In this document: piece after piece, positions 1 to 10,242 of the stretch
Layout: every line of letters begins with the position of its first letter
Numbering within the stretch: the first letter of the stretch is position 1
Source: an uncultured delta proteobacterium
GTDB taxonomy: Bacteria > Desulfobacterota > Binatia > UBA9968
Direction: 5' to 3'
DNA length: 64,000 bases
Assembly: GCA_963760795.1 (NCBI GenBank)
Contig: CAVXEP010000027.1
Location: forward strand, 1-64,000
Notes under the pieces: generated by a model
The model's database searches: none
What the model saw: the letters and a program-made list of their open reading frames with translations, nothing else
What the model was told of the DNA's origin: nothing
Position numbers and translations under genes: made by a program

Positions 1-369
1 TTGAGACCGCATTCCGAGCCGCGAGCAAGGGGCGTGCTGGCGCAGTCCTTGTGCTGGCGGGCGCTGTCCTCAATTCTCCGCGCAAACAGATGGCCGAACT
101 CGCGGTAAAGCACCGGCTGCCGGCGATATATCCCTGGCCGGAATCTGTGCAAGACGGGGGGCTTATGAGCTATGGCGTGAACAGAAACGACTTGGACCGG
201 CGCGCCGCCACCTATGTGGACAAGATTCTGAAAGGCAGAAAAGCCCGCAGACCTGCCTGTCGAGCAGCCGATCAAGTTCGAGTTCATCGTCAACCTGAAA
301 GCAGCCAAGCAGATCGGCCTGACGATTCCGCCGAATGTGCTGGCGCGGGCGGATCGGGTAATTCGCTGA
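1..369 (+). CDS. ABC transporter substrate-binding protein (ABC_sub_bind type), 5'-truncated by window edge, one apparent +1 frameshift
   Basis: Frame 3 reads [20 protein letters not shown]...RLPAIY...GGLMSYG...[13 protein letters not shown]; removing one A from the A-run at ~239-242 continues [42 protein letters not shown] (TGA 367-369), the typical C-terminus of this family. Confidence 0.85.
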
Positions 370-483
370 ATTTTGGATTTGGGATTTTGGATTTTGGATT
401 AGAGGAGTGAAACGCATGAACAAGATATTTCGCCTTCGATCTCGGATTCTGTTTCGACAATCTAAGATCTAAAATCCAAAAAT
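370..483. repeat. Inverted heptamer-array element (ATTTTGG-type array ... CTAAAAT/CCAAAAT-type array)
   Basis: TTTTGGATTTGGGATTTTGGATTTTGGATT at 371-400 and complementary AATCTAAGATCTAAAATCCAAAAAT at 459-483. Confidence 0.7.
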
Positions 484-509
484 GGCCGGATAAATTGGCT
501 GGGTGAGGA

Positions 510-1535
510 GTGAAAACGCGAGGGTGGATGATGAAGTCATTCAGGCGAATTTCCTTAGTTGGGTTTCTCGTCTATAATTTCGGTTTCAGCGCGCAGAGCT
601 TCGCGCAGAATCGGCCGCTCAAGAAGGTCGTTTGGGGGCAGACTGCGTTGTCGGCGTCGATGTGGATTCCGTGGTTGGCCAAGGAAGCGAAAATTTATGA
701 GCGGAACGGTCTGGATGTGGAAATCGTCCTGCTGCGCGGCTCGGGGCAAAGTTCCCAGGCGCTCTTGGGTGGAAGTATATTCGCCGCCCCGGTGGCGCTG
801 CCGCAGCTGATGCTGGCGAACTTGAACGGCGCCGATTTTGTCAATGTCGCCCACACCATCGCGTCGGCAATGAGCAAATTGCTGGTTCGACCCGAGATTC
901 GGCGCCCGGAAGACTTGCGCGGCAAAAGGGTGGCGACCTCGAGCATCGGCTCGCTGGGAGATTTTCTGTTTCGCTACGCGCTGCGCAAGTACGGTTTAAA
1001 TCCCGATCGCGAGATCACCTGGCTATCGATCGGCACCAACGCCGAAAGGTTGCAGGCGCTTTTTACCGGTGTCATCGACGGCGCCGATGTGACCTATCCC
1101 GCCGATGTCCAGGCGGAACGTAGAGGTTACCGCGTCCTGATCGATGCGCGTAAAGAAATCGTTTTCCCAACCACATCGGTGGTCACCCGCCGCAAATCCA
1201 TACAAGAAGACCGCGACACGGTCATGCGCTTCGTCCGTTCCCATGTCGAAGGCATCGCCTTTCATAAACAGAACAAAGAGTTCGCGCTCAAAGTTCTGAC
1301 CAAGTACGTCAGAACATCGGATAATGAGTTTCTCGAGGGTTCCTACAATCTCTTCAAACAAGACTTCATCGCCGCGCCTTATCCCATCATTAAAGGTCTC
1401 GAACCCACCTACGACTACGTCGCCCAAACCCGTCCAGATATCCGCAGCCATAAACCGGAAGAGTTCGTCGACGCGAGTTTCATCACGGAACTGGACAAGA
1501 GCGGGTTTATCAAGAAGCTGTACGAGGGGAAGTAG
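510..1535 (+). CDS. ABC transporter substrate-binding protein, NitT/TauT (SsuA/NMT1-like) family
   Basis: 341-aa ORF, signal-peptide-like N-terminus, GLDVEIV, IRRPEDLRGKRVA, PEEFVDASFI motifs; true start may be 528 or 531. Confidence 0.85.
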   Translation: MKTRGWMMKSFRRISLVGFLVYNFGFSAQSFAQNRPLKKVVWGQTALSASMWIPWLAKEAKIYERNGLDVEIVLLRGSGQSSQALLGGSIFAAPVALPQLMLANLNGADFVNVAHTIASAMSKLLVRPEIRRPEDLRGKRVATSSIGSLGDFLFRYALRKYGLNPDREITWLSIGTNAERLQALFTGVIDGADVTYPADVQAERRGYRVLIDARKEIVFPTTSVVTRRKSIQEDRDTVMRFVRSHVEGIAFHKQNKEFALKVLTKYVRTSDNEFLEGSYNLFKQDFIAAPYPIIKGLEPTYDYVAQTRPDIRSHKPEEFVDASFITELDKSGFIKKLYEGK

Positions 1536-1601
1536 GGTGGCTCCTTATATAGTTAGGCGCCACGGAATAGACACTCGCTCGAAGCTACACAAGGATAACC
1601 A

Positions 1602-1867
1602 GTGCGCACTCTCCTCTTTCTCGGTGCGGGGCTCTTGCTTCTGGCCGCGCTTGCACTATTGGCCAGCTTTCTCGGCCAATTATCCCGCGGCCCCAACTTG
1701 GGGTACCGGTTGCATTTGTCGCGCTCTGGTTTGCCATCGCCGCAGGAAACATGTGGGTCGGTGTCGCTAAAGCAGGTTACTCGCTTGGAGAAGAACTTCC
1801 GATATTCCTACTTATCTTTGGCCTCCCGGCGGCGGTCGCGGTCGTGCTGAAGTGGAAAATTCTTTGA
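1602..1867 (+). CDS. Small multi-TM membrane protein, two apparent frameshifts
   Basis: Joining frames gives MRTLLFLGAGLLLLAALALLA..FSANYPAAPTWGT..AFVALWFAIAAGNMWVGVAKAGYSLGEELPIFLLIFGLPAAVAVVLKWKIL* (TGA 1865-1867); AAGGA RBS upstream. Confidence 0.6.
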
Positions 1868-1959
1868 GCTTTGCTTCCTATTCGCTCAGAACAGAGAGCC
1901 GCATGCCGTGTCGAGAAGTTTGATATAACTGATCGCCAAGTATGGCTTCCCGTAACGAT

Positions 1960-4009
1960 CTAAAACGTTAGCAATTGCGAAGCTTGACCCGGCAACTTTC
2001 GCTGCGTGAAAATCTGAGCCTTTGCAGCCTCTGCGATAATTCGTTCAGCGTCATCCTGTAGCAAAAATCGTTCATCTACCAAGCTTCTTGCGCCTGGCTG
2101 ACGCGCTGGACGTAGTCGGCTTGATCTTTGTAGCGCTCTTCGACGGACAGGCGCGGGTCGCCGCTCTTTTCTCGTTCTTCTTGGTTTTTGCGAACGGCAC
2201 ATGCATGCCGTTCAGATAGCAGAGTTGATCTTCCATGAAACCTTTGGCGCGCAGGTTCCAGCCGGCGTGGGTGGCGAGCGGGACTTGTAAGTTGACGGCG
2301 CGCACGCCGCCGATCTCATTGCCGTCTTTGTCGACCTTGGAACCAGGGAGCTATAGCCCTTGCCGTTCACATGCTGCGCCGGCTGCACGTTATAATCGTT
2401 GATGGAATGATCGTTCGGTTCGCCCTTGTAGCGCACGCCGGGAATATTCGGAAAGCCCTGGGCGGCCTGTGGCAGCGGCGCAATTAGAGTGCCGTCCGAC
2501 GCGCGCGGGTAGCGCGTTGGCGGCGGTGTCGACGTCTTTAGTCACCCACGCGTGCAGGGCGACGATCAGGGCGCGTTGAGTTTCCTGATACGACAGCGGA
2601 TTGGTCAGCTGTTGGCACATGCCGCGTTCCGGCTTGTCTGCAGGACCATGCTGCGTGCCGGCGAAATAATAAAGCCGGACATTGTCGGGAATCGGCACGT
2701 CTTTTTTGCTTGAGCGGATCGGTGACCACGAGCCAGTTTCTGCCCTGCCAGGACTCCGTGCCGGAGTCCCAGTGCATGATCTTGGGACAAGAGTTTTGCT
2801 GGCGGCAGCGCGCCAGCCAGCCGTCGCGTTTTTTGCTGATCGGATCGGTCAACGTTTCGTAGGTAAAGGGAAACTCGTCGCCGGGCGTGTAGTGGCCTTC
2901 GACCGCGGTGGAAAAACGCCCGGGCATGGCAAATTCAAAATTCGTGAAGGTTCGCCGCGAAGCCGAGATATGCGGGATGACGCCGTCGAAGACGATCTTG
3001 CCCGACTCGTCTTGGTTGAATCCTTGATAGATCAGGTCCTTGAGAAAACGGCCGCTCTGTGACGAGCCGAAGCCGATCGCCCAGCGCGGCGATTCATTTC
3101 TTTGTCGTTGAACAGCGGATTGCGTCCGTACGTGTCGTAGCGCAGAAACGAAATCAGATCGCGGGTCGCGGCAAAGCCCAGGCCCATGACCATCGGATCG
3201 CGCGCTTCGTAAGCTCAGTTCGTAAATAAAGTCGGGCGAGAACCGGCGGAAAAGCAAACATCGGCATGTGCTGGTCGTTGTTTCTCTTGCCGTCGGGGCA
3301 ACGGCCAAACGACCATTGATCGTTGGGGATCGACTTCGCGAGGCGCATGGGGACCGGCGCGCCGGTCAGGCGCGCTTTCGCCATGCTTTCTTCGACGGCC
3401 GGATAGGGTTTGATGTCGACCGATCCACGGTCGAAGCTCAGCGGCATCGAAAAGCTCGATTTCTGAAAAACAAACTCGGTGGAAATCCACCGCTTGATCG
3501 GACTGCCGTCGGGGTTTTTCGCCACGGGAAAGTTCGCCGTCAATCGGCCGGCGCCGGGAAGAATGTCGCCCTGCCAGCCGCTCCACACCAGGTGTAGCCT
3601 GGCGCATCATGAAGCCATCGCCGGCGTGGGCGAGCGTGGTCGGATTGTTGCTGCGCTCGGCGCCGAAGTTAACGCGCAAGCCTTGATTGCCGCGGTTGAC
3701 GACGTCGTAAAAGATCGTCTGATTGCCCCGCGCCATGTCGAGCGGCTTCAAAATAAAAACATCCATCGAGTATTCGACCCGGCCGCGCTCGTTCTTGGGC
3801 GCTTAGCGAGGTTGACGATGTTCTTGTTGTGCTTGCGCCTTGGGATCAACCTCGCCGTAGGCTTTGCCGACGAGTTTTTCATAGGCGCCGGTAATGCCGA
3901 ACTCATGGCCCTTGGCGAAGGGCTCGCGCTTTTCGATGACGATCTTGGTAATCCCGGCGGCGACGGGCGATGGTGCGAGGACGAGAATGAGCAGCAGGAG
4001 AAACAGCAT
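1960..4009 (-). CDS. Large alpha/beta hydrolase domain protein, copy A, with signal peptide; broken by many apparent frameshifts
   Basis: Collinear ORF fragments: MLFLLLLILVLAPSPVAAGITKIVIEKREPF..GAYEKLVGKAYGEVDP, YDVVNRGN, WSGWQGD, nucleophile elbow GSSQSGRFLKD, DNVRLYYFAGTQHG, THAGWNLR, ERFLLQDDAERII; GGAGG RBS before ATG 4009. Confidence 0.8.
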
Positions 4010-4037
4010 GGGAACCTCCGGTTTGGCTAACCGATGC

Positions 4038-6026
4038 TTACGCGATCCGGGCCTTCTTTGCTTCTGCGATAATTCTCTCGGCATCTTCCGGCAACAAATA
4101 ACGTTGCTCGACCAATATTCTCGCGGCGTGGCTGACTCGCTGAACGTAATCGGCTCGGTTCCGGTAGCGCTCTTCAAGCGACAAGCGCGGATCGCCGGTT
4201 TTGCGCCGTTGCGCTTTGGTCTTGGCGAAGGGAATGAACGAGCCGAGCAAGCCGGACAGTTCGCCTTCCGCCAGTCCGCGTGGCCGCAGGTTCCAACCGG
4301 TGTAGGTGCCGACGGGGACTTGGACGGCCGGCAGGCGAATGCCGGCGATGTCGTTGCCGTCGGCGTCGACTTTGGGCACGAGGATTTCATACGCCTTGCC
4401 GAGCGGTCTCGGCGGATGAAGTTCCATCTTGCCGCGCAGAATGTTTTTGCCGTAGTCGAGAAACAGTTGGCGGTTGTGCAGGCCAACGAAGTTCACGCCG
4501 GGAATCTTCGGAAAACCGTTGCGCGTCGGCGGCACCAATGTGCGATCGTTCACCTTGGATAGCGGCTCGGCGGCGGCGCGATGCCTTTCGTCACCCACAA
4601 ATCCATCGCGACCATGAGCGCGCGCAGAACGTCGCCCGCCGGCAGCGGATTGACGAGAAACTGGCTGTCGTCTTTTGCCGGCTCGGAACCGAATGGGCTA
4701 TTGTGCTGGGCGCTGGCGATGACGTAGAGGCGCACGTTGTCGGGAAGTTTGAGATCATTGCCTCTGCCGTCGGTGTGGGCGAGGCAGCCGCGCTTTTGCC
4801 AGTATTCCGTCGATGTCTGTGTGTGAAAAATCAGCGGGTCGGTTCTCGGCCGTTTGAGGATGCCGTCGCGCCGGCCGGTCTGGGCGTCTTTGATGATGTT
4901 GTAGGCGTGCGGAAATAGTTCCGGATCGAGCTGGTTGGTGTGTTGCTGCGACGAGGTGACCGGCCGGGCGAATTCGTAGTTCATAAACAACCGGCCACCG
5001 CCGGCGACGTGGGGCGCGATGGCATCGAATACTTTTCTGTGCTTCTCGTCTTCATTGAATCCATGGTAGACGAAGTCGCGCAGATAACGTCCGCTCTGGG
5101 AGCGGCCCCAGGCGTAGGCATGGGTGATGCGCGCGCTCTTCTTTGCGCGAGATGCGAGGGGAGCGGATTCGCTTTGCCGGCGCGATCTTTTGACTCGAAG
5201 CGCAGGAAGGAAACCAAATCGCGCACGACGGCGAAGCCGAGGCCGAGGACGAGTGGGTTCTTAGCGGGATAAATGAACTCGTAGATGTGGCCAGGCTTGA
5301 AGCCGCGGTGCAGGTAAAGATCGGTGCTGCTGGCTTTGATGACTTCTTTGCCGCTCTGCTGGTCTTTCACGGCGGCGGCAAACTCCCATTCGCATCTCGG
5401 CCACGGGAATTCTTTTGCCGTAGGATTTCTCGCGCACGGTGAGCGACGACTTCGATTTGTCCCGCGACGCGGTCTCGTAACTCTTGACCCGCTCGTCGGC
5501 GCTGAGCGGCTGCGACTTGATGCCTTTCTCGTCGACGACGATCTCCGTGCGGACTGTTGGCGACGATCGGCTTGCCTTTGTTGGTCGCCGCCGGAACGTT
5601 GAGCACGAGCCAATTCTTGAGCGGCATCAGATCGCCCTGCCAGCCGCACCAGACGATGGTGTAGCCCTGGCGCATGAGAAAGCCGTTGCCGGCATGTTCT
5701 AACGTGGTTGGATCGTTGGCTTCCGGGCCGTCGTTCAAAAAACCCAAGATGCGCTTGCTGCCGCGGTTGGGCGCGTCGAAAAAAATCTTGCCGTTGCCGC
5801 GCGCCATGTCGACCGGCTTTAAAATACAAAAGTTGCTGGAGTACTCGACCCGGCCGCGCTGGTTGCGCGGCGCTTTGTTCAGGTTGACGATGATTCTGTT
5901 CAGCCGATGCTTAGGATCCACTTCGCCGTAGATCCTGCCGGTGAGTTTTTCATAAGCGCCGGTGATGGGAAATTCATGGCCGTCGGCGAAAGGTTCTCTT
6001 TTTTGAATCATGAAACGGGTAATCAT
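4038..6026 (-). CDS. Large alpha/beta hydrolase domain protein, copy B, no signal peptide; several apparent frameshifts
   Basis: Paralog of copy A: MITRFMIQKREPF..GAYEKLTGRIYGEVDP, FDAPNRGS, WCGWQGD, AWGRSQSGRYLRDF (~5075-5115), DNVRLYVIASAQH, VPKVDADGNDIAGIRLP, SLEERY, QRYLLPEDAERII. Confidence 0.8.
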
Positions 6027-6089
6027 GGATGGCTACATTCCTTCTAGGAGTCGATTCGCACATCGATGGCAGGTTAGTGCCCTGAAATT

Positions 6090-6214
6090 AAATCCCCCTC
6101 AATCCCCCTTTTTCAAAGGGGGAGGTATGAAATTCGGATCAAGATAATCTGCGACCAGGCATTGGCAGTCTTCTGATTCCTCCCTTTTGTAAAGGGAGGT
6201 TAGGAGGGATTTTT
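6090..6214. repeat. REP-like inverted doublet (left of DUF559 gene)
   Basis: AAATCCCCCTCAATCCCCCTTTTTCAAAGGGGGAG (6090-6124) facing TTCCTCCCTTTTGTAAAGGGAGGTTAGGAGGGATTTTT (6177-6214); each unit holds its own hairpin. Confidence 0.85.
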
Positions 6215-6230
6215 GAGCTTTGATTCATAT

Positions 6231-6593
6231 TCATCTCTGAGATTCATCCATTGTGCGAAAAACTACTTGTACGACAGAATCCAATTCCAACAAGACTTGC
6301 CGGTCGTCAAAGCGCAACACCTTCAGCCCATGATTTTCCAAATATTCGCTGCGCCGCCGATCATAGCTCGCTTGTGCCGGTGTAAAATGATGCGCGCCAT
6401 CCACTTCTATCACCAGCCGCGTCGTCGGTGCATAGAAATCGACAATGTAGTTGCCGATCGGTCTCTGCCGGTAAAATTGTATGCCAAGGACTTGTTTTCC
6501 TCTTAGGCGGCTCCACAGTCTTTGTTCGGCGTCGGTAAGATTGCTTCGGAGGGCGCGCGCTCTGGTTTTTAGTTGTGGATTGTACTTGAGCAT
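6231..6593 (-). CDS. DUF559 / Vsr-like PD-(D/E)xK endonuclease domain protein
   Basis: ARALRSNLTDAEQRLWSRLR, FYRQRPIGNYIVDFY, LVIEVDGAHH, DRRRSEYLENHGLKVLRF family motifs. Confidence 0.9.
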   Translation of the reverse strand: MLKYNPQLKTRARALRSNLTDAEQRLWSRLRGKQVLGIQFYRQRPIGNYIVDFYAPTTRLVIEVDGAHHFTPAQASYDRRRSEYLENHGLKVLRFDDRQVLLELDSVVQVVFRTMDESQR

Positions 6594-6598
6594 TCAAG

Positions 6599-6730
6599 AA
6601 AAATCCCCCTTGGTCCCCCTTTTTCAAAGGGGGAAAGCGGATGTCGTATGTGCGACTTAAGTAGGATTGGCGCGAACTTCCGCCGCATCTGCTTCCTCCC
6701 TTTCGTAAAGGGAGGTTAGGAGGGATTTTT
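6599..6730. repeat. REP-like inverted doublet (right of DUF559 gene)
   Basis: AAAAATCCCCCTTGGTCCCCCTTTTTCAAAGGGGGAA (6599-6635) facing TTCCTCCCTTTCGTAAAGGGAGGTTAGGAGGGATTTTT (6693-6730); arms near-identical to those at 6090-6214, spacer different. Confidence 0.85.
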
Positions 6731-6784
6731 CGGTTGGTGCACATATCTGCCTTGCGATACTCCTGATAATTACCGCCGTGCCTT

Positions 6785-7729
6785 TTAGTATTCATTAAAC
6801 ATCCGCTGCAAATCCTTCGGGTCTTTGGTCTTTGTCAAACCGAGCATGAGCAGTATCCGCGCTTTGTGCGGTACCAGGCTGTCGCCTTGAATGAAGGGAT
6901 CGTTCCAGTCGACCGGAATTCTTCCCTGGCCGCCGCGGCTGGCGAGGACTACCGGAGTTCCCGCCGCGGCGATTTTTTCGACTCCCGCCAGTTGATCGGC
7001 GGAGGGACGGCCATTGTAGGCGTAACCGCTGATTACCAACCCTTGCGCGCCCGCAGCGACACAAGCTTGCGCCGCCGCGTCGTCAGCGCCGACGTAGGCG
7101 GCGATGACATCGACGCGCGGCAGTTCACTGATGTCGCGGATGTCGAACTCGGAGCGGAAGGTGTGGCGTCGGGTCGGTGCCGCATAAAAAGACACCTGGT
7201 CATCCTCGATGTGGCCGAGCATGGAGCGGCCCAAGGATTGAAATCCGCCGGGACGCTGGTTGGTCTTGACCACTTCGCGCGCCGAGTGGATCTCCTCATG
7301 CAAGGTCACCAACACGCCTTTGCCGCGGGCCTCCGGCGCCAATACCAGGCGTATCGCATCGAGCAGATTGCGATCGCCGTCATTGCCGACTTCGTCATGC
7401 TTGCGTTGCGAGGCGACGACGACGAGCGGTTTTTCACTGTGCACACAGAGGTGCAGGAAGTAGGCGGTTTCCTCGGTCGTAAAGGTGCCGTGGGTGACGA
7501 TGATGCCGTCCACCCTGGTATCTTCCGCCGCCGCGCCGGCGGCGCGGGCAACGTCGAGCCACTGGGCCAGCCGCATTTGGCCGCTGCGCACGCGCGTCGC
7601 TTCGAAGACCTCGAAGTCGGCCAGCGCTTTGGCTTGCGGAATGTCCTTCAACACTTCGTCGATGGCGATGAGACCATGGCCGGTATTGGCGATGGTCCCG
7701 CCGGTGGAGATGATCTTGATGAGCGGCAT
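6785..7729 (-). CDS. L-asparaginase family protein
   Basis: ISTGGTIA and VTHGTFTTEETAY motifs, C-terminal HKARILLMLGL; start set at MPLIKII with AAGGA RBS. Confidence 0.9.
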   Translation of the reverse strand: MPLIKIISTGGTIANTGHGLIAIDEVLKDIPQAKALADFEVFEATRVRSGQMRLAQWLDVARAAGAAAEDTRVDGIIVTHGTFTTEETAYFLHLCVHSEKPLVVVASQRKHDEVGNDGDRNLLDAIRLVLAPEARGKGVLVTLHEEIHSAREVVKTNQRPGGFQSLGRSMLGHIEDDQVSFYAAPTRRHTFRSEFDIRDISELPRVDVIAAYVGADDAAAQACVAAGAQGLVISGYAYNGRPSADQLAGVEKIAAAGTPVVLASRGGQGRIPVDWNDPFIQGDSLVPHKARILLMLGLTKTKDPKDLQRMFNEY

Positions 7730-7924
7730 GGTTGTCCTTGTCGGCGCGGCAATTAAAAAATACCTTCTTGGCCATACCATCGGAGGATTCTGGCCGTCAA
7801 CAGCGCAAGCGCAATGGTTGATTTTGCCGCTCGGCCAGCCATACAAGATTTGCGTCAACGGTGCTAAGTTGCTAAGAGAGCTTGCACATGAGCCGGGGCT
7901 GCTCTCAGGTATTAGGAGATCGAT

Positions 7925-9043
7925 ATGGGAAAATGTTTGCGAGTGGTTATCGCGGCGATCGCACTTAGTTTGAGCGCCGTGTCACTGGCGGTCGCCGCTG
8001 ATGCGAAGCGGCCGCCGGAGTGGGACAAAGCGGTGGAAGCCGCCAAGAAGGAAGGCAAGATCGTCATCGCGATCCCGCCGTCCAACGAGCTGCGCAAGGA
8101 GCTGGAAATAGTTCTGAAGCAAAAGTTCGGCATCGACGCCGAGCTGGTGGCGGCGCCGGGACCAAAGAACGCCAGCCGCATCGCCGCGGAGAAAAAAGCC
8201 GGCGTGAACTATTTCGACGCGATCATCTGCGGCACCGGCACGGCGGCCGGACTCACCCATGACGGCATGCTCGAACCGTTGGAGCCGTTATGGCTGCTTG
8301 CCGAGGTCCGCGATCCCAAGCAATGGTGGGGCGGACATATTTGGGAGGACAACGTCAGCACGCATAAGTTTTTATATTCATTTCTCGCCGACGTGGCGAC
8401 CCATGGCATCTGGTACAACACGAGCATGGCGAAAGCCGAGGAACTCAAAAGCTTCGACGACTATATAAATCCCAAGTGGAAGGGCAAGATCGGTTTCAGC
8501 GATCCGCGGGTGCCGAGTTCCGGGCAGTCGATCTGGTCGTTCATGTGGGAGCTCAAGGGCGAGGAGTTTCTCAAAAAATTTGTCCAGCAGGAACTCTTTT
8601 TGACACGCGATCTGCGCCAGCTTGCGGATTCGCTGGCTAAGGGCAAGGTGGCGGTGGCCTTCGGTCTCGGGCGCAGCCAGGTCGATCCCTTCGTCGAAGC
8701 GGGTTTGCCGGTCAAGCCGGTACCCGCGCCCAAAGAAGGCTTGCCGGCGAGCAATTCCTTCGGTGTCATCGGCATCATCAAGAATCCGCCCAACCCCAAT
8801 GCCACCAAAGTGTTTATCAACTGGTTTCTCAGCCGCGAGGGCCAAGACTGGTATGGCAGGATCATGGAGAACGGCTCGCGCCGTTTAGATGTTGAAACGA
8901 AATGGTTGAACAAGATCGGTGTCAGCGCGGCGAAGGATACGATTACGGTGCAAGAGTACCATCGGCTGCGCAACCATCTGGAAGACAAGTACACCAAGGT
9001 TAGAGTCCCAGCGGGAAGGTTTGCCGAGACGATTCTGAAATAA
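7925..9043 (+). CDS. ABC transporter solute-binding protein, FbpA/AfuA-like (array gene 1)
   Basis: Signal peptide, EWDKAVEAAKKEGK, NPKWKGKI, PPNPNATKVFINWFLSREGQ. Confidence 0.85.
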   Translation: MGKCLRVVIAAIALSLSAVSLAVAADAKRPPEWDKAVEAAKKEGKIVIAIPPSNELRKELEIVLKQKFGIDAELVAAPGPKNASRIAAEKKAGVNYFDAIICGTGTAAGLTHDGMLEPLEPLWLLAEVRDPKQWWGGHIWEDNVSTHKFLYSFLADVATHGIWYNTSMAKAEELKSFDDYINPKWKGKIGFSDPRVPSSGQSIWSFMWELKGEEFLKKFVQQELFLTRDLRQLADSLAKGKVAVAFGLGRSQVDPFVEAGLPVKPVPAPKEGLPASNSFGVIGIIKNPPNPNATKVFINWFLSREGQDWYGRIMENGSRRLDVETKWLNKIGVSAAKDTITVQEYHRLRNHLEDKYTKVRVPAGRFAETILK

Positions 9044-9086
9044 CCGTTCAACGGTTCAAGGTTCAAAAGTTCAAGGTCGGATACGG
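9044..9086. repeat. GTTCAA short tandem array plus conserved tail, repeated after array gene 2
   Basis: CGTTCAACGGTTCAAGGTTCAAAAGTTCAAGGTCGGATACGG; AAGTTCAAGGTCGGACACGG recurs at 10251-10270. Confidence 0.6.
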
Positions 9087-9135
9087 GAGATCGGAATGCT
9101 TACGCGAAATTGCAGTTTTAAGGAAGCGCCGTGGG

Positions 9136-10242
9136 TTGATGATTTTGATTCTACTGACATTCGTGGCTGCCGGCGTTGGGCAAGTGGTTTTGGCTGGCGA
9201 AGCCAAGCGGTTACCGGAGTGGGATAAGACCGTCGAAGCGGCTAGGAAAGAAGGCAAGGTGGTGATCGCGATCCCGCCGTCCAACGAGCTGCGCAAGGAG
9301 CTGGAAACTCTTCTAAAGCAAAAGTTCGGTATCGAAGCGGAGTTGGTAGCGGCGCCGGGGCCGAAGAACGCCAGCCGCATCGCGGCGGAACGCCAGGCCG
9401 GCGTAAGTTATTTCGATGCGATCATCTGCGGCACCGGCACGGCGAAGGGACTTACCCATGACGGCATGCTCGAGCCGATGGAATCGTTTTGGATACTTCC
9501 CGAAGTCAAAGATCCCAAGCAGTGGTGGGGTGGTCATATTTGGGAAGACAACATCAGCACGCACAGGTTTTTATATTCATTCTTCGCCGATGTCAGCACG
9601 CAAAACGCCTGGTTCAACACGACGCTCGCCAAAGCGGAAGATTTTCGCAGCTTCGACGATTACTTGAGTCCCAAGTGGAAGAGTAAGATCGGTTTCGCCG
9701 ATCCGCGCGTGCCCGGCTCGGGGCAGGGCATCTGGTCATTCATGTGGGACATCAAGGGTGAGGAGTTTCTAAAAAAACTGGCGCAGCAGGAGTTATTTCT
9801 CTCGCGGGATTCGCGCCAGTTGGCCGATGCGCTGGCTAAGGCGAAACTCGCCGTCGCCTTCGGCCTCGGCCGCGTCCCGGTCAGTCCGTTTGTCGACGCC
9901 GGTTTGCCACTCAGGCCGGTACCGGCGCCCAAGGAAGGGTTGCCGGCGAGCAACGGCTTCGGCGTGCTCGGCGTGATCAAAAACCCGCCGCACCCAAACG
10001 CGACGAAAGTTTTCGTCAACTGGTTTCTTAGTAAAGAGGGACAGGACTGGTATGGCCGAACATTGGAAAATGGCACGCGCCGCCTCGATGTTGAAACCCG
10101 TTGGCTCAAAGACCTCGGCATCAATGCGGCAAAGGACACCATTACCGTGCAGGAATACAACCGCGTGCGCAATCATTTAGAGGACAAATACACCAAGGTC
10201 AGACTGCCAGCGGGAAAGTTTGCCGAGACGATACTGCAATAA
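9136..10242 (+). CDS. ABC transporter solute-binding protein, FbpA/AfuA-like (array gene 2, close paralog of gene 1)
   Basis: Long identical peptide blocks with 7925-9043 (IAIPPSNELRKELE, DAIICGTGTA, DPKQWWGGHIWEDN, RNHLEDKYTKVR). Confidence 0.85.
   Translation: MMILILLTFVAAGVGQVVLAGEAKRLPEWDKTVEAARKEGKVVIAIPPSNELRKELETLLKQKFGIEAELVAAPGPKNASRIAAERQAGVSYFDAIICGTGTAKGLTHDGMLEPMESFWILPEVKDPKQWWGGHIWEDNISTHRFLYSFFADVSTQNAWFNTTLAKAEDFRSFDDYLSPKWKSKIGFADPRVPGSGQGIWSFMWDIKGEEFLKKLAQQELFLSRDSRQLADALAKAKLAVAFGLGRVPVSPFVDAGLPLRPVPAPKEGLPASNGFGVLGVIKNPPHPNATKVFVNWFLSKEGQDWYGRTLENGTRRLDVETRWLKDLGINAAKDTITVQEYNRVRNHLEDKYTKVRLPAGKFAETILQ

Noticed and set aside
6090-6730. CRISPR array or IS element
   Set aside because: Units alternate in orientation, number only four, spacing is interrupted by a gene, and no cas or transposase gene is present
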